DNA of 64,000 bases from an uncultured Pseudomonadota bacterium (GTDB lineage Bacteria; Pseudomonadota; Alphaproteobacteria; Rs-D84). Below, in pieces: positions 49,105-59,437 of the stretch (position 1 is the first letter of the stretch; the number at the start of each line of letters is the position of its first letter). The position numbers and the translations under genes are program-made. The notes under the pieces are model-generated. The model saw only the letters and a list, made by a program, of their open reading frames with translations. It did not search any database and was not told the origin of the DNA. The stretch is from positions 62,974 to 126,973 of the forward strand of contig CADARU010000002.1 in NCBI GenBank assembly GCA_902790415.1, in the 5' to 3' direction.

Positions 49105-49345
49105 CAATTTCAACAATTTTCAACAAGTATAAAAAACAAACACATAAAATTGTTAAAAATGTTGAAAACTTTCATTTTTTTTAACAAGTTTTAAACATAA
49201 TAAATTTTCAACAATTTAAATAAAAATACCGCAAAACTAGGAAAAAATTGTTAAAAACATTGTTAATAATCCATTTTCAACAATTTCAACACCCCCAACA
49301 ACAAAAACAAAATATAAATATATTATTTGATTTTTGTTAAAAAGT
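49105..49345. promoter_or_regulatory. array of about 11 copies of TTTT(C)AACAA[T/G] in both orientations in the virB3 / rpmJ divergent intergenic region
   Basis: Plus-orientation copies at 49108, 49117, 49179, 49205, 49275 and 49285. Reverse-orientation copies at 49149, 49159, 49247, 49258 and 49334. Confidence 0.65.
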
Positions 49346-49376
49346 GTTTATAATGCCTTGGCAAAAAGGATTTGAT

Positions 49377-49511
49377 ATGAAATTTTTAAGTTCATTAAAA
49401 GCTTGGAAAAAACGTGGTAATATTAAACAAGTTCGTCGTGGAAAACAAATTGTTTTAATTGACCCGGATAACCCAAAGTTCAAAGCAAAACAGGGCTTTA
49501 AAAGAAAATAA
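49377..49511 (+). CDS. rpmJ: 50S ribosomal protein L36 (long, non-zinc type)
   Basis: 44 aa, MKFLSSLKAWKKRGNIKQVRRGKQIVLIDPDNPKFKAKQGFKRK. Matches the MKV.SSLK......C..VRR.GR..VI.K.NPRFKARQG pattern. Too short for the ORF track. Confidence 0.85.
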   Translation: MKFLSSLKAWKKRGNIKQVRRGKQIVLIDPDNPKFKAKQGFKRK

Positions 49512-49537
49512 TGCCTTGGTTTTCTTGTGATATTCTG

Positions 49538-49568
49538 CGGTATTTGCGATTGTAAATACCGTTTTTTT
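49538..49568 (+). terminator. intrinsic terminator after rpmJ
   Basis: CGGTATTT-GCGATTGT-AAATACCG followed by T7. Confidence 0.75.
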
Positions 49569-49570
49569 AT

Positions 49571-50260
49571 TTAAAACAGGTTAAAATCGTTCATAAATGC
49601 TTCGGTTGTAATATCTTGGATTTCATTGGTTGCCAAACCTGCATTACGCAGATAATTTATTTGAATATCACTTGGATGAAACATATATGCACTATGTTCG
49701 GCCGAATCGGGCACAGATTGTATTTTTTGGCGTGGTATGAACTTTAATCTGGCGGTTTTATCTATTAAGCCGGCAAATCTAATATCTGATTTAACATTTT
49801 CGCAATTTTTATTTATGATTGCGGTTGCGGACAGTTTTGAAAAACTGTCTTTTAAACCGATTATTTTTGTTTGTATTAAAATACCTGTGTTTGATGCCAA
49901 ATGTTGCGCATCGCATTTTAACACTAAATCGGAATAATTTTTCAACATTATATGTCCACGCACTTCGGAATTTTTCCCGGTGTTTTTGATAAAAATATTC
50001 AAAAAGGCCGGGTTTTTATTTTCAATATTTACACTTAAAAACACCGGTTGATTTTCGGCCGTTATATTTATATTTAATGTATTTTCGCGCTCTATTTGTC
50101 CGACATATATTATATGAACAGGTAAATCATAATTCTTGGAAATATTACAATCTGTTATTGTTGACAGGTCTTCTCGAAACAACCCATTACAATAAACCAG
50201 CGTTTCTGCCGGCATAGTTTTTATATTGAATTCGTTCCACAAGTATGACATATTACACAT
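49571..50260 (-). CDS. short SufD/SufB-like protein (beta-helix core plus C-terminal motif only)
   Basis: 229 aa. The C-terminal IPRQKIQSVPDSAEHSAYMFHPSDIQINYLRNAGLATNEIQDITTEAF follows the SufBD pattern (..a.H.a.vg.ld.e.lfYL.sRGl....A..l....F). No sufB/C/S genes are adjacent. Confidence 0.5.
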   Translation of the reverse strand: MCNMSYLWNEFNIKTMPAETLVYCNGLFREDLSTITDCNISKNYDLPVHIIYVGQIERENTLNINITAENQPVFLSVNIENKNPAFLNIFIKNTGKNSEVRGHIMLKNYSDLVLKCDAQHLASNTGILIQTKIIGLKDSFSKLSATAIINKNCENVKSDIRFAGLIDKTARLKFIPRQKIQSVPDSAEHSAYMFHPSDIQINYLRNAGLATNEIQDITTEAFMNDFNLF

Positions 50261-50278
50261 ATTATAAAGGATTTTATT

Positions 50279-51358
50279 ATGGGTTTCAATTGTGGAATTG
50301 TTGGATTACCAAATGTTGGTAAATCTACATTATTTAATGCGTTGACACAGAGTGCCGCGGCCGATGCGCAAAATTATCCATTTTGTACTATTGAACCAAA
50401 TACCGGTCGTGTTGTTGTGCCTGATGAAACATTACATAAATTGGCGGCGGTTGATAATTCTGCCAAGATAATACCAACACAACTAGAAATTGTTGATATT
50501 GCGGGTTTGGTACGTGGTGCATCTAATGGCGAAGGACTTGGGAATAAATTCTTGGGAAATATTTTAGAAACAGATGCAATTATTCATGTTGTGCGTTGTT
50601 TTGAAAATGATGATATTGTCCATGTTGATGGCCGTATTGACCCAATATCAGATATTGAGACAATCGAAACAGAATTAATGTTGGCGGATTTAGAAAGTTT
50701 GGAAAAACAAATAAAAAATCTGGAAAAAAAGGCGCATGGTTTGGATAAAAATGCGATAAAGTTATTATCTGATGCCAAGGCGATAAAAGAAAATTTGGAA
50801 AAATCTATACCGGCCCGTTTGGGTGAAACCGATGCATCACCATTTAATTTATTAACATCTAAACCGGTAATTTACGTATGTAATGTTGAAGAGGCATCTG
50901 CCGCAACAGGAAACAAATATTCTGATATGGTTGTTGAAAAATATGGAAAAACAAATGCAGTGTTAATTATTTCTGGGAAAATAGAAATGGAAATCGCGCA
51001 AATTGTTGACCCGGCGGAACGTCAGATATTTTTAAATGAACTTGGGTTAAAACAATCAGGATTAGAACAGGTTATAAAAACAGGTTATGAAACACTTGGA
51101 TTACAAACATTTTACACCGTTGGTCCCAAGGAAGCACATGCCTGGACAATTCGGCGTGGTATGACCGCACCCCAGGCGGCGGGAAAAATTCATACTGATT
51201 TTGAACGTGGTTTCATCCGGGCCGAGGTTATATCGCCATCAGATTACATAGAACTTGGCGGTGAAGTTGCCGTAAAAGAGGCCGGTAAAATGCGCCTGGT
51301 TGGACGCGATTATGTAATGCAAGAAGGTGATATATGTCATTTCTTGTTTAATAACTAG
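50279..51358 (+). CDS. ychF: ribosome-binding ATPase YchF
   Basis: GIVGLPNVGKSTLFNALT, DIAGLVRGAS and a C-terminal TGS-like domain. Confidence 0.95.
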   Translation: MGFNCGIVGLPNVGKSTLFNALTQSAAADAQNYPFCTIEPNTGRVVVPDETLHKLAAVDNSAKIIPTQLEIVDIAGLVRGASNGEGLGNKFLGNILETDAIIHVVRCFENDDIVHVDGRIDPISDIETIETELMLADLESLEKQIKNLEKKAHGLDKNAIKLLSDAKAIKENLEKSIPARLGETDASPFNLLTSKPVIYVCNVEEASAATGNKYSDMVVEKYGKTNAVLIISGKIEMEIAQIVDPAERQIFLNELGLKQSGLEQVIKTGYETLGLQTFYTVGPKEAHAWTIRRGMTAPQAAGKIHTDFERGFIRAEVISPSDYIELGGEVAVKEAGKMRLVGRDYVMQEGDICHFLFNN

Positions 51359-51362
51359 TTAT

Positions 51363-51391
51363 AAAAAAATCCGCATATTTGCGGATTTTTT
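51363..51391. terminator. bidirectional intrinsic terminator between ychF and dnaG
   Basis: ATCCGCA-TATT-TGCGGAT flanked by an A run and a T run. Confidence 0.75.
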
Positions 51392-53012
51392 AATCGTTTA
51401 CTAATAAATCTTGTTTTGATTTCATACGTGATATTTCTTGGTCTATACGGCGTATTTCTTGACCTACATCGGAACCATTTGTTAAACCCTGGATTGTTAA
51501 ATCACGTTTTTGTTGTTCTAAATTTTCAATATATTTTTGCAGTTTTAATGAAATAATATATCGTTCAGATTGTTTAAAATCTAAATTCAAATCAGACTTT
51601 ACATCTGTATCTAAATCTAGATTAAATTTATTTAAAAAATCACCATATCTTTCCGATATTTCTGGGAATTTATTTATAATATAAACAAGAGTATTTTTTA
51701 TAACCGTATCTATTTCAGGGACGGCGACATCAGCCGATTTTTCATCTTTTTTCCATTTATACCAATTTTGGAATTTACGATTATCGTATTCGTGTTCGTA
51801 TTCTGATTTTAATGTTTTATCTTGGATTTTATCTAATTCTTGTTTTAAAAATTTTTCGGCGCGGGCACGTCCGGCGGGGGTTTTTGTTAAAAAGTTTGTG
51901 TTTATAATTTGCCACAGAAAATCAACCAAAGGTGTCGCATCATTTATTATTTTTTCCATTAACGCGCGACCATTTTGTTTTCTTAATATTTCATCAGGGT
52001 CTTTACCCCCGGTGATAAATGCAAATTTAACATCGGAATTATCACGAATAAAAGGCATAACCAATCCGCATGCACGTGCCGCGGCCTTTTGTCCGGCGGT
52101 ATCGCCATCAAAACAGAAAATAATATTACGGTTTGATTTGCATATCATAGCAATATGGTCTTCGGTTAATGCGGTCCCCAATGGCGCAACAGTTTCACCA
52201 AAACCATTACATTGCATTTGAATCGCATCTATTTGACCTTCGACAATAATTGCCCTATTTGCACGATGAATTGCTTCACGTGCAAAATTAAATCCAAATA
52301 ATGTTTGTCTTTTGTGAAATAATTCTGTATCAGAAGTATTTATATATTTGGGTTCACTGCCGTCAAGACTTCTGCCGGAAAAAGCAACAATTTTGCCGTT
52401 TGCGTTAAATATAGGAAACATTAATTTATCACGAAAGAAATCGTATGTTCCATATTCACCACGTCTAACCAATCCGGTCGCAATAAGTTTATCTTGTTTT
52501 GTGTTAACATACTTGTTTGAAATAATATTGTTTTTTGGCGCGTATCCAATACCATATTTTTTTATCATATCATCAGAAAACCCACGATTTCTAATGTATG
52601 CAAGACCATGCGCACCATCGGATGAAAACAGTTTTTCGGCAAATATTTTTTGTGCCGCACCAACAATACTATAATAAGATTCTTCTGCATCAATTTGTTG
52701 TTGTGTTTTTTTATGCATTGTTGGTAATGGTAATCCCGCCATTTCCGCCAGTTCTGTGATTGCGGCCTTGAAATCCATATGTTTATATTCCATAACAAAT
52801 GAAATAATATCGCCATGCTTTGCACAACCAAAACAATGGAAAAATCCTTTTTCTTCATTAACCGAAAAAGAAGGTGTTTTTTCATTATGAAACGGGCAGC
52901 ATCCCCAATAATTTTGACCTTTTTTTACCAACGGTACATACTTTGACACAACATCATAAATAGACAGACGTTCACGCAGTAAATCGGTAAAATTATTGTC
53001 ATATTTTGCCAT
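51390..53012 (-). CDS. dnaG: DNA primase
   Basis: Zinc finger CPFHNEKTPSFSVN..FHCFGC and TOPRIM motifs EGQIDA...FDGDTAG. Confidence 0.93.
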   Translation of the reverse strand: MAKYDNNFTDLLRERLSIYDVVSKYVPLVKKGQNYWGCCPFHNEKTPSFSVNEEKGFFHCFGCAKHGDIISFVMEYKHMDFKAAITELAEMAGLPLPTMHKKTQQQIDAEESYYSIVGAAQKIFAEKLFSSDGAHGLAYIRNRGFSDDMIKKYGIGYAPKNNIISNKYVNTKQDKLIATGLVRRGEYGTYDFFRDKLMFPIFNANGKIVAFSGRSLDGSEPKYINTSDTELFHKRQTLFGFNFAREAIHRANRAIIVEGQIDAIQMQCNGFGETVAPLGTALTEDHIAMICKSNRNIIFCFDGDTAGQKAAARACGLVMPFIRDNSDVKFAFITGGKDPDEILRKQNGRALMEKIINDATPLVDFLWQIINTNFLTKTPAGRARAEKFLKQELDKIQDKTLKSEYEHEYDNRKFQNWYKWKKDEKSADVAVPEIDTVIKNTLVYIINKFPEISERYGDFLNKFNLDLDTDVKSDLNLDFKQSERYIISLKLQKYIENLEQQKRDLTIQGLTNGSDVGQEIRRIDQEISRMKSKQDLLVND

Positions 53013-55246
53013 TATTTTTTACCAAACCTTTTTGTTGTTTTTTTGTTATTTATCAAATCAATCGCGGTTTCTAAATCTGGTTGTTCTTTGACCGAAACAT
53101 TAACCTTGTTCGAAGATATATATGCACCGTATCGCCCGGTTGGATAATAATAAATCATCTTTTCGGTCTTGGGGTTTATACCGATTTCTATTGGTTCGGC
53201 CTTTTTGGTTTCGCCTAATAATAATTCTTTTGCGATTTCTAATGTTATTGTATCGGCATTATATTTTTTTGCCGCGACATTTTTCTTGCCATCGGTTACA
53301 TATGGACCAAATTTACCAATACGGAAAGAAATTCCATTTCCTAAATCTTTTGGTTCATTTGTTTTTTTATTTTCTTGTGTTTCATTTGTATCGGATAGGC
53401 GTTTTGTATAATCGCATGTCGGATAATTTTCACATCCGATAAATGCACCAAATTTTGATAATTTTATCCCAAGTTTTCCGCCACATTTTGGACATTTATT
53501 ATTATTATCAGAAAACAAATGATGCATCATAAATTTATTTATTTCATCGATTATTTCGGTTGTTTTTACATCACGTGCCGATGAAATCATATTTTTTGTA
53601 TTACCCCAAAATTCGTTCAATGCGGATAATTTTTCTATCTTGCCGTTTGATACATCGTCCAGTGTATCTTCGGTTTTTGCGGTAAAATTAACATCGACCA
53701 GGTCTGTAAAATATTTTGCCAAATATGCCGCAATAACCCATCCACCAGATGTCGGATGAAAACGCCGTTGTTTATCTTGTTCGACATATTTTCTATCAAC
53801 AATGGTGGACATAATTGTTGCATACGTTGATGGACGGCCTATTCCCAATTCTTCTAATTTTTTAACCAAGGATGCTTCGGTATAACGTGCGGGCGGCATA
53901 GTAAAATGTTGTTCGGTATTTATTTTCGTGATTTTTATATTATCACCAACAGACAAAGACGGTAATTTTATTTGCTTTTCATCATCAGAATCATCTTTGT
54001 CTTCATCATAAATTTTCATAAACCCGTCAAATGTACGTGTTGTACCAACACAGTGAAATGTTGCAATTTTATCATTTGTTGTGATATCCACAGAAACCGA
54101 ATCAAATTCTGCGTTTGTCATTTGACACGCAATAGTTCTTTTCCAAATAAGATTATAGAGTTTTGCTTCATCCCCATCCAGTTCATGTTCAGACATATCA
54201 AAATGTGTTGGACGAATCGCTTCGTGTGCTTCCTGGGCATTTTTAGATTTTGTTACATAAATATTTGGGTTGGTTGGTAAAAATTTATCACCATAGGCGT
54301 TTTTGATATACTTTCTGATTTCTTCGACCGCCTCTGCCGACAGATTTGTCGCATCAGTACGCATGTATGTTATATAACCATTTTCATACAATTTTTGTGC
54401 GACAGACATTGTTTTTTTTGATGAAAAATACAATTTACGTGCGGCTTCTTGCTGTAACGTACTGGTTGTAAACGGGGCATAAGGCCTGTGCGATGTTTTT
54501 TTCTTGGTAATATCGGAAACACTTGCATCTAGTGGCGTTGTTAATTTAGATAAAACCTTATCGACATCGGATGAATTTTTTAATGTCATCTTGTCAATTT
54601 TATCGCCATTAAAACGCGATAACATTGCGGTAAAAGTTTTTTTATTGCTTTCGCAATCCCCCGACACAGACCAATATTCAACGGGCTTAAAATCTTCTAT
54701 TTCGCGTTCACGATCAACAACCAATTTAACCGCCACAGATTGTACGCGTCCGGCCGATTTTCCTAAATTACGCCGCCACAACAACGGTGATATTTCAAAT
54801 CCAATTAAATAATCCAGTGCGCGTCTAACCAAATATGCATCTACCAAATTAGAATCTATTTCACGCGGATTTTCAATAGCATCCATAATTGCGTGTTTTG
54901 TAATTTCATGAAATGCGACACGATAAACCGGTGTTTTCCCTAATAACTTTTTAGAATTTAATATATCTAGTATATGCCACGCAATCGCTTCCCCTTCGCG
55001 GTCAGGATCCGATGCCAGATATACCGCATCTGCTTTTTTTACTTCATCAGTGATAAGTTTTATTTGTTTATCTTTGCCGGGCATAATTTGCCAACGCATT
55101 GCAAAGTTGTTTTCTGTATCAACACTGCCGTTTTCTGGGACTAAATCACGAACATGACCAACAGATGCAATAACACGCCAACCACGTCCTAAATATTTTT
55201 CTATTGTTTTCGCCTTGGATGGTGATTCTACAATTAATAAATTCAT
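53012..55246 (-). CDS. topA: DNA topoisomerase I
   Basis: LLIVESPSKAKTIEKYLG, TOPRIM DPDREGE, active-site region GYITYMRTD, and C-terminal Zn-ribbon CPKCGG...C. Confidence 0.95.
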   Translation of the reverse strand: MNLLIVESPSKAKTIEKYLGRGWRVIASVGHVRDLVPENGSVDTENNFAMRWQIMPGKDKQIKLITDEVKKADAVYLASDPDREGEAIAWHILDILNSKKLLGKTPVYRVAFHEITKHAIMDAIENPREIDSNLVDAYLVRRALDYLIGFEISPLLWRRNLGKSAGRVQSVAVKLVVDREREIEDFKPVEYWSVSGDCESNKKTFTAMLSRFNGDKIDKMTLKNSSDVDKVLSKLTTPLDASVSDITKKKTSHRPYAPFTTSTLQQEAARKLYFSSKKTMSVAQKLYENGYITYMRTDATNLSAEAVEEIRKYIKNAYGDKFLPTNPNIYVTKSKNAQEAHEAIRPTHFDMSEHELDGDEAKLYNLIWKRTIACQMTNAEFDSVSVDITTNDKIATFHCVGTTRTFDGFMKIYDEDKDDSDDEKQIKLPSLSVGDNIKITKINTEQHFTMPPARYTEASLVKKLEELGIGRPSTYATIMSTIVDRKYVEQDKQRRFHPTSGGWVIAAYLAKYFTDLVDVNFTAKTEDTLDDVSNGKIEKLSALNEFWGNTKNMISSARDVKTTEIIDEINKFMMHHLFSDNNNKCPKCGGKLGIKLSKFGAFIGCENYPTCDYTKRLSDTNETQENKKTNEPKDLGNGISFRIGKFGPYVTDGKKNVAAKKYNADTITLEIAKELLLGETKKAEPIEIGINPKTEKMIYYYPTGRYGAYISSNKVNVSVKEQPDLETAIDLINNKKTTKRFGKK

Positions 55247-55247
55247 T

Positions 55248-56393
55248 TTAACTTCCTTTGGCAGATAACTGTTGATCTTTGTGTATATGTGCGTTCTGGC
55301 TTAGCCCGAATCCAAACAACAAGGACATTAAACTGCTGCCCCCAAAAGACATCAGTGGTAATGGAACACCAACGGTCGGTGCCAACCCAAGAACCATAGA
55401 GATATTTATAAAATAATAAATGAAAAAGTTCAACATAAAACCAAAACATACCAGTTGACCAAACCTGTTTCGGCATGTTTTCGCCGTCCAGAACAAAATT
55501 GCAACAATTACAGAATATAATAACAATAATATAAATGCGCCAACAAACCCGAATTCTTCACCCAGCATAGTAAATATAAAATCAGTTTGTTTTTCTGGTA
55601 AAAATGATTGTTGGGATTGACTGCCGTTCATATAACCTTTGCCCAAGATACCACCACTGCCAAATGCGATTTTTGCCTGGTTTATTTGATAACCTGCGCC
55701 TCGGGAATCTTGGTCAGGGTTGATAAATGTTATAATTCTGTCGCGTTGATATTGGTGCAGTCCGCCGTACCAAACAACTGGTGCCGCCAGTATCAACAAT
55801 ACACCACCTATGTAAAACCACTTTTTATTTGCACCAACAATAAAAAACATCCCCAGTGTAATTAAACCAATAGATACCGCGGTCCCTAAATCGGGTTGCA
55901 TAACAATTAAACAAAAAGGTATTAACATCAGTAATGTTGGAACTAGATAATTTTTAAATTTAGTTAAATCTACGGAATTCATCCACGCAAAATGCCGCGC
56001 CAAAACCAAAACTAATGCCATTTTTATAAATTCTGATGGTTGTATGTTTATCCCTGCGACATTTAACCATCGTTGGGCCCCCATGCCGGTATGCCCAATA
56101 AAAGTAACCAACACAATTAAAATCAGGGCAATCGCATATATAAAATATGCGGATTTTATCCAAAATTTTATATTAGAGAAAGATGTAAATGCAAATATTC
56201 CCATACAGAAAACAATCTTGATTAACTGGGACAAAGCAAATGGTTGCCATGAACCGCCACCGGCAGAATACAAAACAACTTCGGATAAAATTAAAACCAA
56301 ACACATTGGAATAAATAATGCCCATGAAAAACGTTTTAGTTTTTCTGAAAAAGTCATCATATTCGCATTAGAAATTCTTATTTGTGTGGACAT
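55248..56393 (-). CDS. rodA: peptidoglycan glycosyltransferase RodA (SEDS family)
   Basis: 381 aa polytopic FtsW/RodA pattern (QPSEF.K, PEKQTDFIF, PLPLMSFGGSS). Downstream of PBP2 and mreCD. Confidence 0.9.
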   Translation of the reverse strand: MSTQIRISNANMMTFSEKLKRFSWALFIPMCLVLILSEVVLYSAGGGSWQPFALSQLIKIVFCMGIFAFTSFSNIKFWIKSAYFIYAIALILIVLVTFIGHTGMGAQRWLNVAGINIQPSEFIKMALVLVLARHFAWMNSVDLTKFKNYLVPTLLMLIPFCLIVMQPDLGTAVSIGLITLGMFFIVGANKKWFYIGGVLLILAAPVVWYGGLHQYQRDRIITFINPDQDSRGAGYQINQAKIAFGSGGILGKGYMNGSQSQQSFLPEKQTDFIFTMLGEEFGFVGAFILLLLYSVIVAILFWTAKTCRNRFGQLVCFGFMLNFFIYYFINISMVLGLAPTVGVPLPLMSFGGSSLMSLLFGFGLSQNAHIHKDQQLSAKGS

Positions 56394-56395
56394 TT

Positions 56396-58171
56396 TTATT
56401 CTTCACCTTTTAATACTTCCGTCATGGCGGCGGCGGCAGTTCTGGCGGCAGAACCACTGGACCCGGAATGTTCTGTAATAACACAAACGACATATTTTGG
56501 ATTGTCTGTTGGGGCGTATCCAACAAACAGCCCATGATTTCGCATATTCCATTTTAGTTGTTCATTACTTAAAACGCCACGAATACGTTCGGCCCTGGAA
56601 ATACTGCGTACCTGGGATGTGCCGGTTTTACCGCCCATTTTTGCACCGTTTACGTTTATTGCACTGCCCGATGCAGTTCCACCAGGTTTTAAAACACCTT
56701 CCAAGCCCTGTAACACATGGTTTATATTTTTTTGTTGCAGACCAACAGATTTAAATTTTGGCACTTTATCTGTTTTTATCAAACGCGGTACAACCATTTT
56801 ATTTGATGCAACACGTGCCATCATAACCGCCAACTGCATACAGTTGACCAGTATAAATCCTTGACCAATTCCAGAAATAATTGTATCACCATGAACCCAA
56901 TTTGAACCAACATGGGCCTCTTTCCATTTTTTATCGGGAATAATCCCTGTCATCTGTTTTGGAATAATATCGGTTATATATTTTTCTGTGAACCCTAATT
57001 TTTTTGCCATATGCTTGATTGAATCTATACCGATTTTTAACGCCAGTTGATAGAAATATATGTCGCACGAGTGTGTCAATGCATCGGCCAAATTCATTTT
57101 ACCATGACCTTTGTGTTCCCAACAGTGGTATCTGCGGTCGCCATAGTCCCAATATCCTGGGCAAAACGTTGTGTCGTTTGGTGATATTGCACCTGATTCT
57201 AATGCCGCCAACGCAACAACAATTTTAAATGTTGAACCCGGTGGATAAAGGCCTTCAAAAACCTTGTTCATAAACGGTTTGGCAATATCGGCACGCAGAT
57301 TAGACATATATTCATCGGCATCATCACCAGAAAAATCATTTGGATTGAAACTGGGGCTGGAAACCATGGCCAATATATCACCCGTTTGTATATCCATAAC
57401 AACACCACAACCGGCCTTGTGCAGTGTTAATGTATCGTATAGTTTTCTTTGAACCGCATCATTTATGGTTGTTTGAACATCATTACCGGTAATCGATGAT
57501 TTGTATTGTGTTTTGTCTTCACCGGTTATTCTGCCAACGGCATTAGTAATCATAACCGTTTGTCCGGGAACACCCGCCAGTTTTTTTTCAAAAGTTTTTT
57601 CTAATCCTGTAATTCCCGATGTATAGAAAGGTGTGTTTGTAACCGGTTTATCGGGCGCACCAACGTATCCAAAAAATTGCGCCCCCGCCGGCCCCAATTC
57701 GTACATACGTGCATAGCCACTGTTTACATGTAATCCTGGTAAATTTTTTGCCTGTAATCTGGCCAACACATCCCAATTTGTATTTTCACTAATCAAAACA
57801 GGTTGAAATTTTTGTTGTTTTTTTATTCGTGCCCAGATTTTATCAACACGCTTTTTGCTAAGTTTTAAATCATCTGCAACCGTATTTACCAAATTTTCTA
57901 AATCATCGGTTTCTTCGGGAATAATATAAATACGATAAATTGGTGCGTCATGTGATATTGGTGTGCCAGATGATGCCAATATATTGCCACGTTGCGCCAT
58001 ATTTATTTGAATACGAAATGAATTATTTTCACTTTTCTTTTTATAAGTTCTATGTTCAAAAATTTGCATTTGCAGCATGCGCAAAACCAGAATAGATGTT
58101 AATATCATACCACCTGTTAAAAACAGTGCGCTGCGGCGGTCAAATTGTTTAGATATTTCTGTATCAATCAT
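56396..58171 (-). CDS. mrdA: penicillin-binding protein 2 (elongasome transpeptidase)
   Basis: N-terminal anchor, SxxK (PGSTFK), SxD-like region and KTGT (GGKTGTSQV). Confidence 0.9.
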   Translation of the reverse strand: MIDTEISKQFDRRSALFLTGGMILTSILVLRMLQMQIFEHRTYKKKSENNSFRIQINMAQRGNILASSGTPISHDAPIYRIYIIPEETDDLENLVNTVADDLKLSKKRVDKIWARIKKQQKFQPVLISENTNWDVLARLQAKNLPGLHVNSGYARMYELGPAGAQFFGYVGAPDKPVTNTPFYTSGITGLEKTFEKKLAGVPGQTVMITNAVGRITGEDKTQYKSSITGNDVQTTINDAVQRKLYDTLTLHKAGCGVVMDIQTGDILAMVSSPSFNPNDFSGDDADEYMSNLRADIAKPFMNKVFEGLYPPGSTFKIVVALAALESGAISPNDTTFCPGYWDYGDRRYHCWEHKGHGKMNLADALTHSCDIYFYQLALKIGIDSIKHMAKKLGFTEKYITDIIPKQMTGIIPDKKWKEAHVGSNWVHGDTIISGIGQGFILVNCMQLAVMMARVASNKMVVPRLIKTDKVPKFKSVGLQQKNINHVLQGLEGVLKPGGTASGSAINVNGAKMGGKTGTSQVRSISRAERIRGVLSNEQLKWNMRNHGLFVGYAPTDNPKYVVCVITEHSGSSGSAARTAAAAMTEVLKGEE

Positions 58172-58619
58172 TTTTCACCGCCTTGATTAAAAATGTTGTT
58201 GGTATGTACATAGCGCATAAAACAGAAAACGTTAGTATAGATGTAATAATACTGGTCCAGCCAATGTGATGCAGCATTATAAACAGTATCACCGGTGCTA
58301 AAAAAGTCATAAAAGCAAACAAACCGTTTTTATTTGTATGACTTAAATCTATAAACGTTTGAATATTTACAATAACATAATAAATACAATAAAAGATTGT
58401 CCATATCAAAACAGTGCCAAATTTGTAATCCAATAAAAAACAAAATAACAACGCATACGCCGTAAAATAAGGCACAGGCCGAATAAAAGAACAATAAAAT
58501 ATTGGAATTATTGCCAATATCCCCGCCGGATTTATAAACGGACAAGATAAACGCCATAATACCAATGTGATTAAAAACGGAAAGGATATTGTTAAAAAAG
58601 TTATAACTTTCTGTTTCAT
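58164..58619 (-). CDS. mreD: rod shape-determining protein MreD
   Basis: 151 aa polytopic membrane protein between mreC and mrdA, with overlapping stops and starts. Confidence 0.7.
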   Translation of the reverse strand: MKQKVITFLTISFPFLITLVLWRLSCPFINPAGILAIIPIFYCSFIRPVPYFTAYALLFCFLLDYKFGTVLIWTIFYCIYYVIVNIQTFIDLSHTNKNGLFAFMTFLAPVILFIMLHHIGWTSIITSILTFSVLCAMYIPTTFLIKAVKND

Positions 58620-59437
58620 TTGTATTTGTCCTGGGCATTAAATTTTAACACAATAACACGTGCCAGGTCCCGCGGGCCCAGTACTTCTACATCTGTTTCG
58701 TTTTTTAATTTTCCAACGTATATATCTGGTGGTAACACACCACTAATATTACTGGTTACCAATTTAATACCGCCAGATGGTTGAAATTTATGGTCGTTAA
58801 AGAAACCAATTGTTGGAACCGATGAACCGTTACCCGCCATAAATCCATAAACGTCAGAACCAACAATTCTGACGGCGATGTTTGTTTCTGAATCGGTTAA
58901 TCCGCGTACACGTGAAAAATCGGCCCCCGAATCGATGATGATACCGGCTAATCTGTTATCAAAAGATGTAACCACCATACCACGATTAACCCCATCGTTT
59001 GTTCCGCGATTTATCATAAACGTGCCATGATGCAATGCAGAATTATCAAAAAATACATCGGCAACAATAGATGGATAATCAGAATTTCTAATCACATCTA
59101 ATTCTTGGGCCAGTTTTTGGTTTTCAATAATTGCAAAATCACAGGCATTTTTTTCAGCCAATGCCTGGTCTAATCTGGCGCGTAATTCTTCATTTTCTTG
59201 TTCCAGATTAGAAATATTATGAATATTTTTTATCAACCGGCCCCCTAAACGTACCGGCCAAGTAATAACATCCCCCACCCCATGTGCAATAGGCAAAACA
59301 ACATGTGCCAGCCCGTTCATAATACGATAATCGGGCTTTGCAATCATGATATAGATAAACATCACTGGCAATAACACCGCAACAACAGCGGATTTTATCA
59401 GTGAATGTAATCTGGAAGATATATTCTTTGGGTTCAT
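58616..59437 (-). CDS. mreC: rod shape-determining protein MreC
   Basis: N-terminal TM helix, coiled coil (LEQENEELRARLDQAL) and a beta-rich C-domain with GMVVTS..LAGIIID. Confidence 0.85.
   Translation of the reverse strand: MNPKNISSRLHSLIKSAVVAVLLPVMFIYIMIAKPDYRIMNGLAHVVLPIAHGVGDVITWPVRLGGRLIKNIHNISNLEQENEELRARLDQALAEKNACDFAIIENQKLAQELDVIRNSDYPSIVADVFFDNSALHHGTFMINRGTNDGVNRGMVVTSFDNRLAGIIIDSGADFSRVRGLTDSETNIAVRIVGSDVYGFMAGNGSSVPTIGFFNDHKFQPSGGIKLVTSNISGVLPPDIYVGKLKNETDVEVLGPRDLARVIVLKFNAQDKYK

Noticed and set aside
49105-49345. CRISPR array, or the chromosomal oriC.
   Set aside because: It is not CRISPR: the repeats are only ~10 nt, occur in both orientations and have no spacers of uniform length. 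oriC is not supported because no dnaA, dnaN, hemE or parAB flanks are present, gene orientation does not switch cleanly here, and the motif deviates from the DnaA box at a normally invariant C. It is kept only as an alternative to test in the finding.
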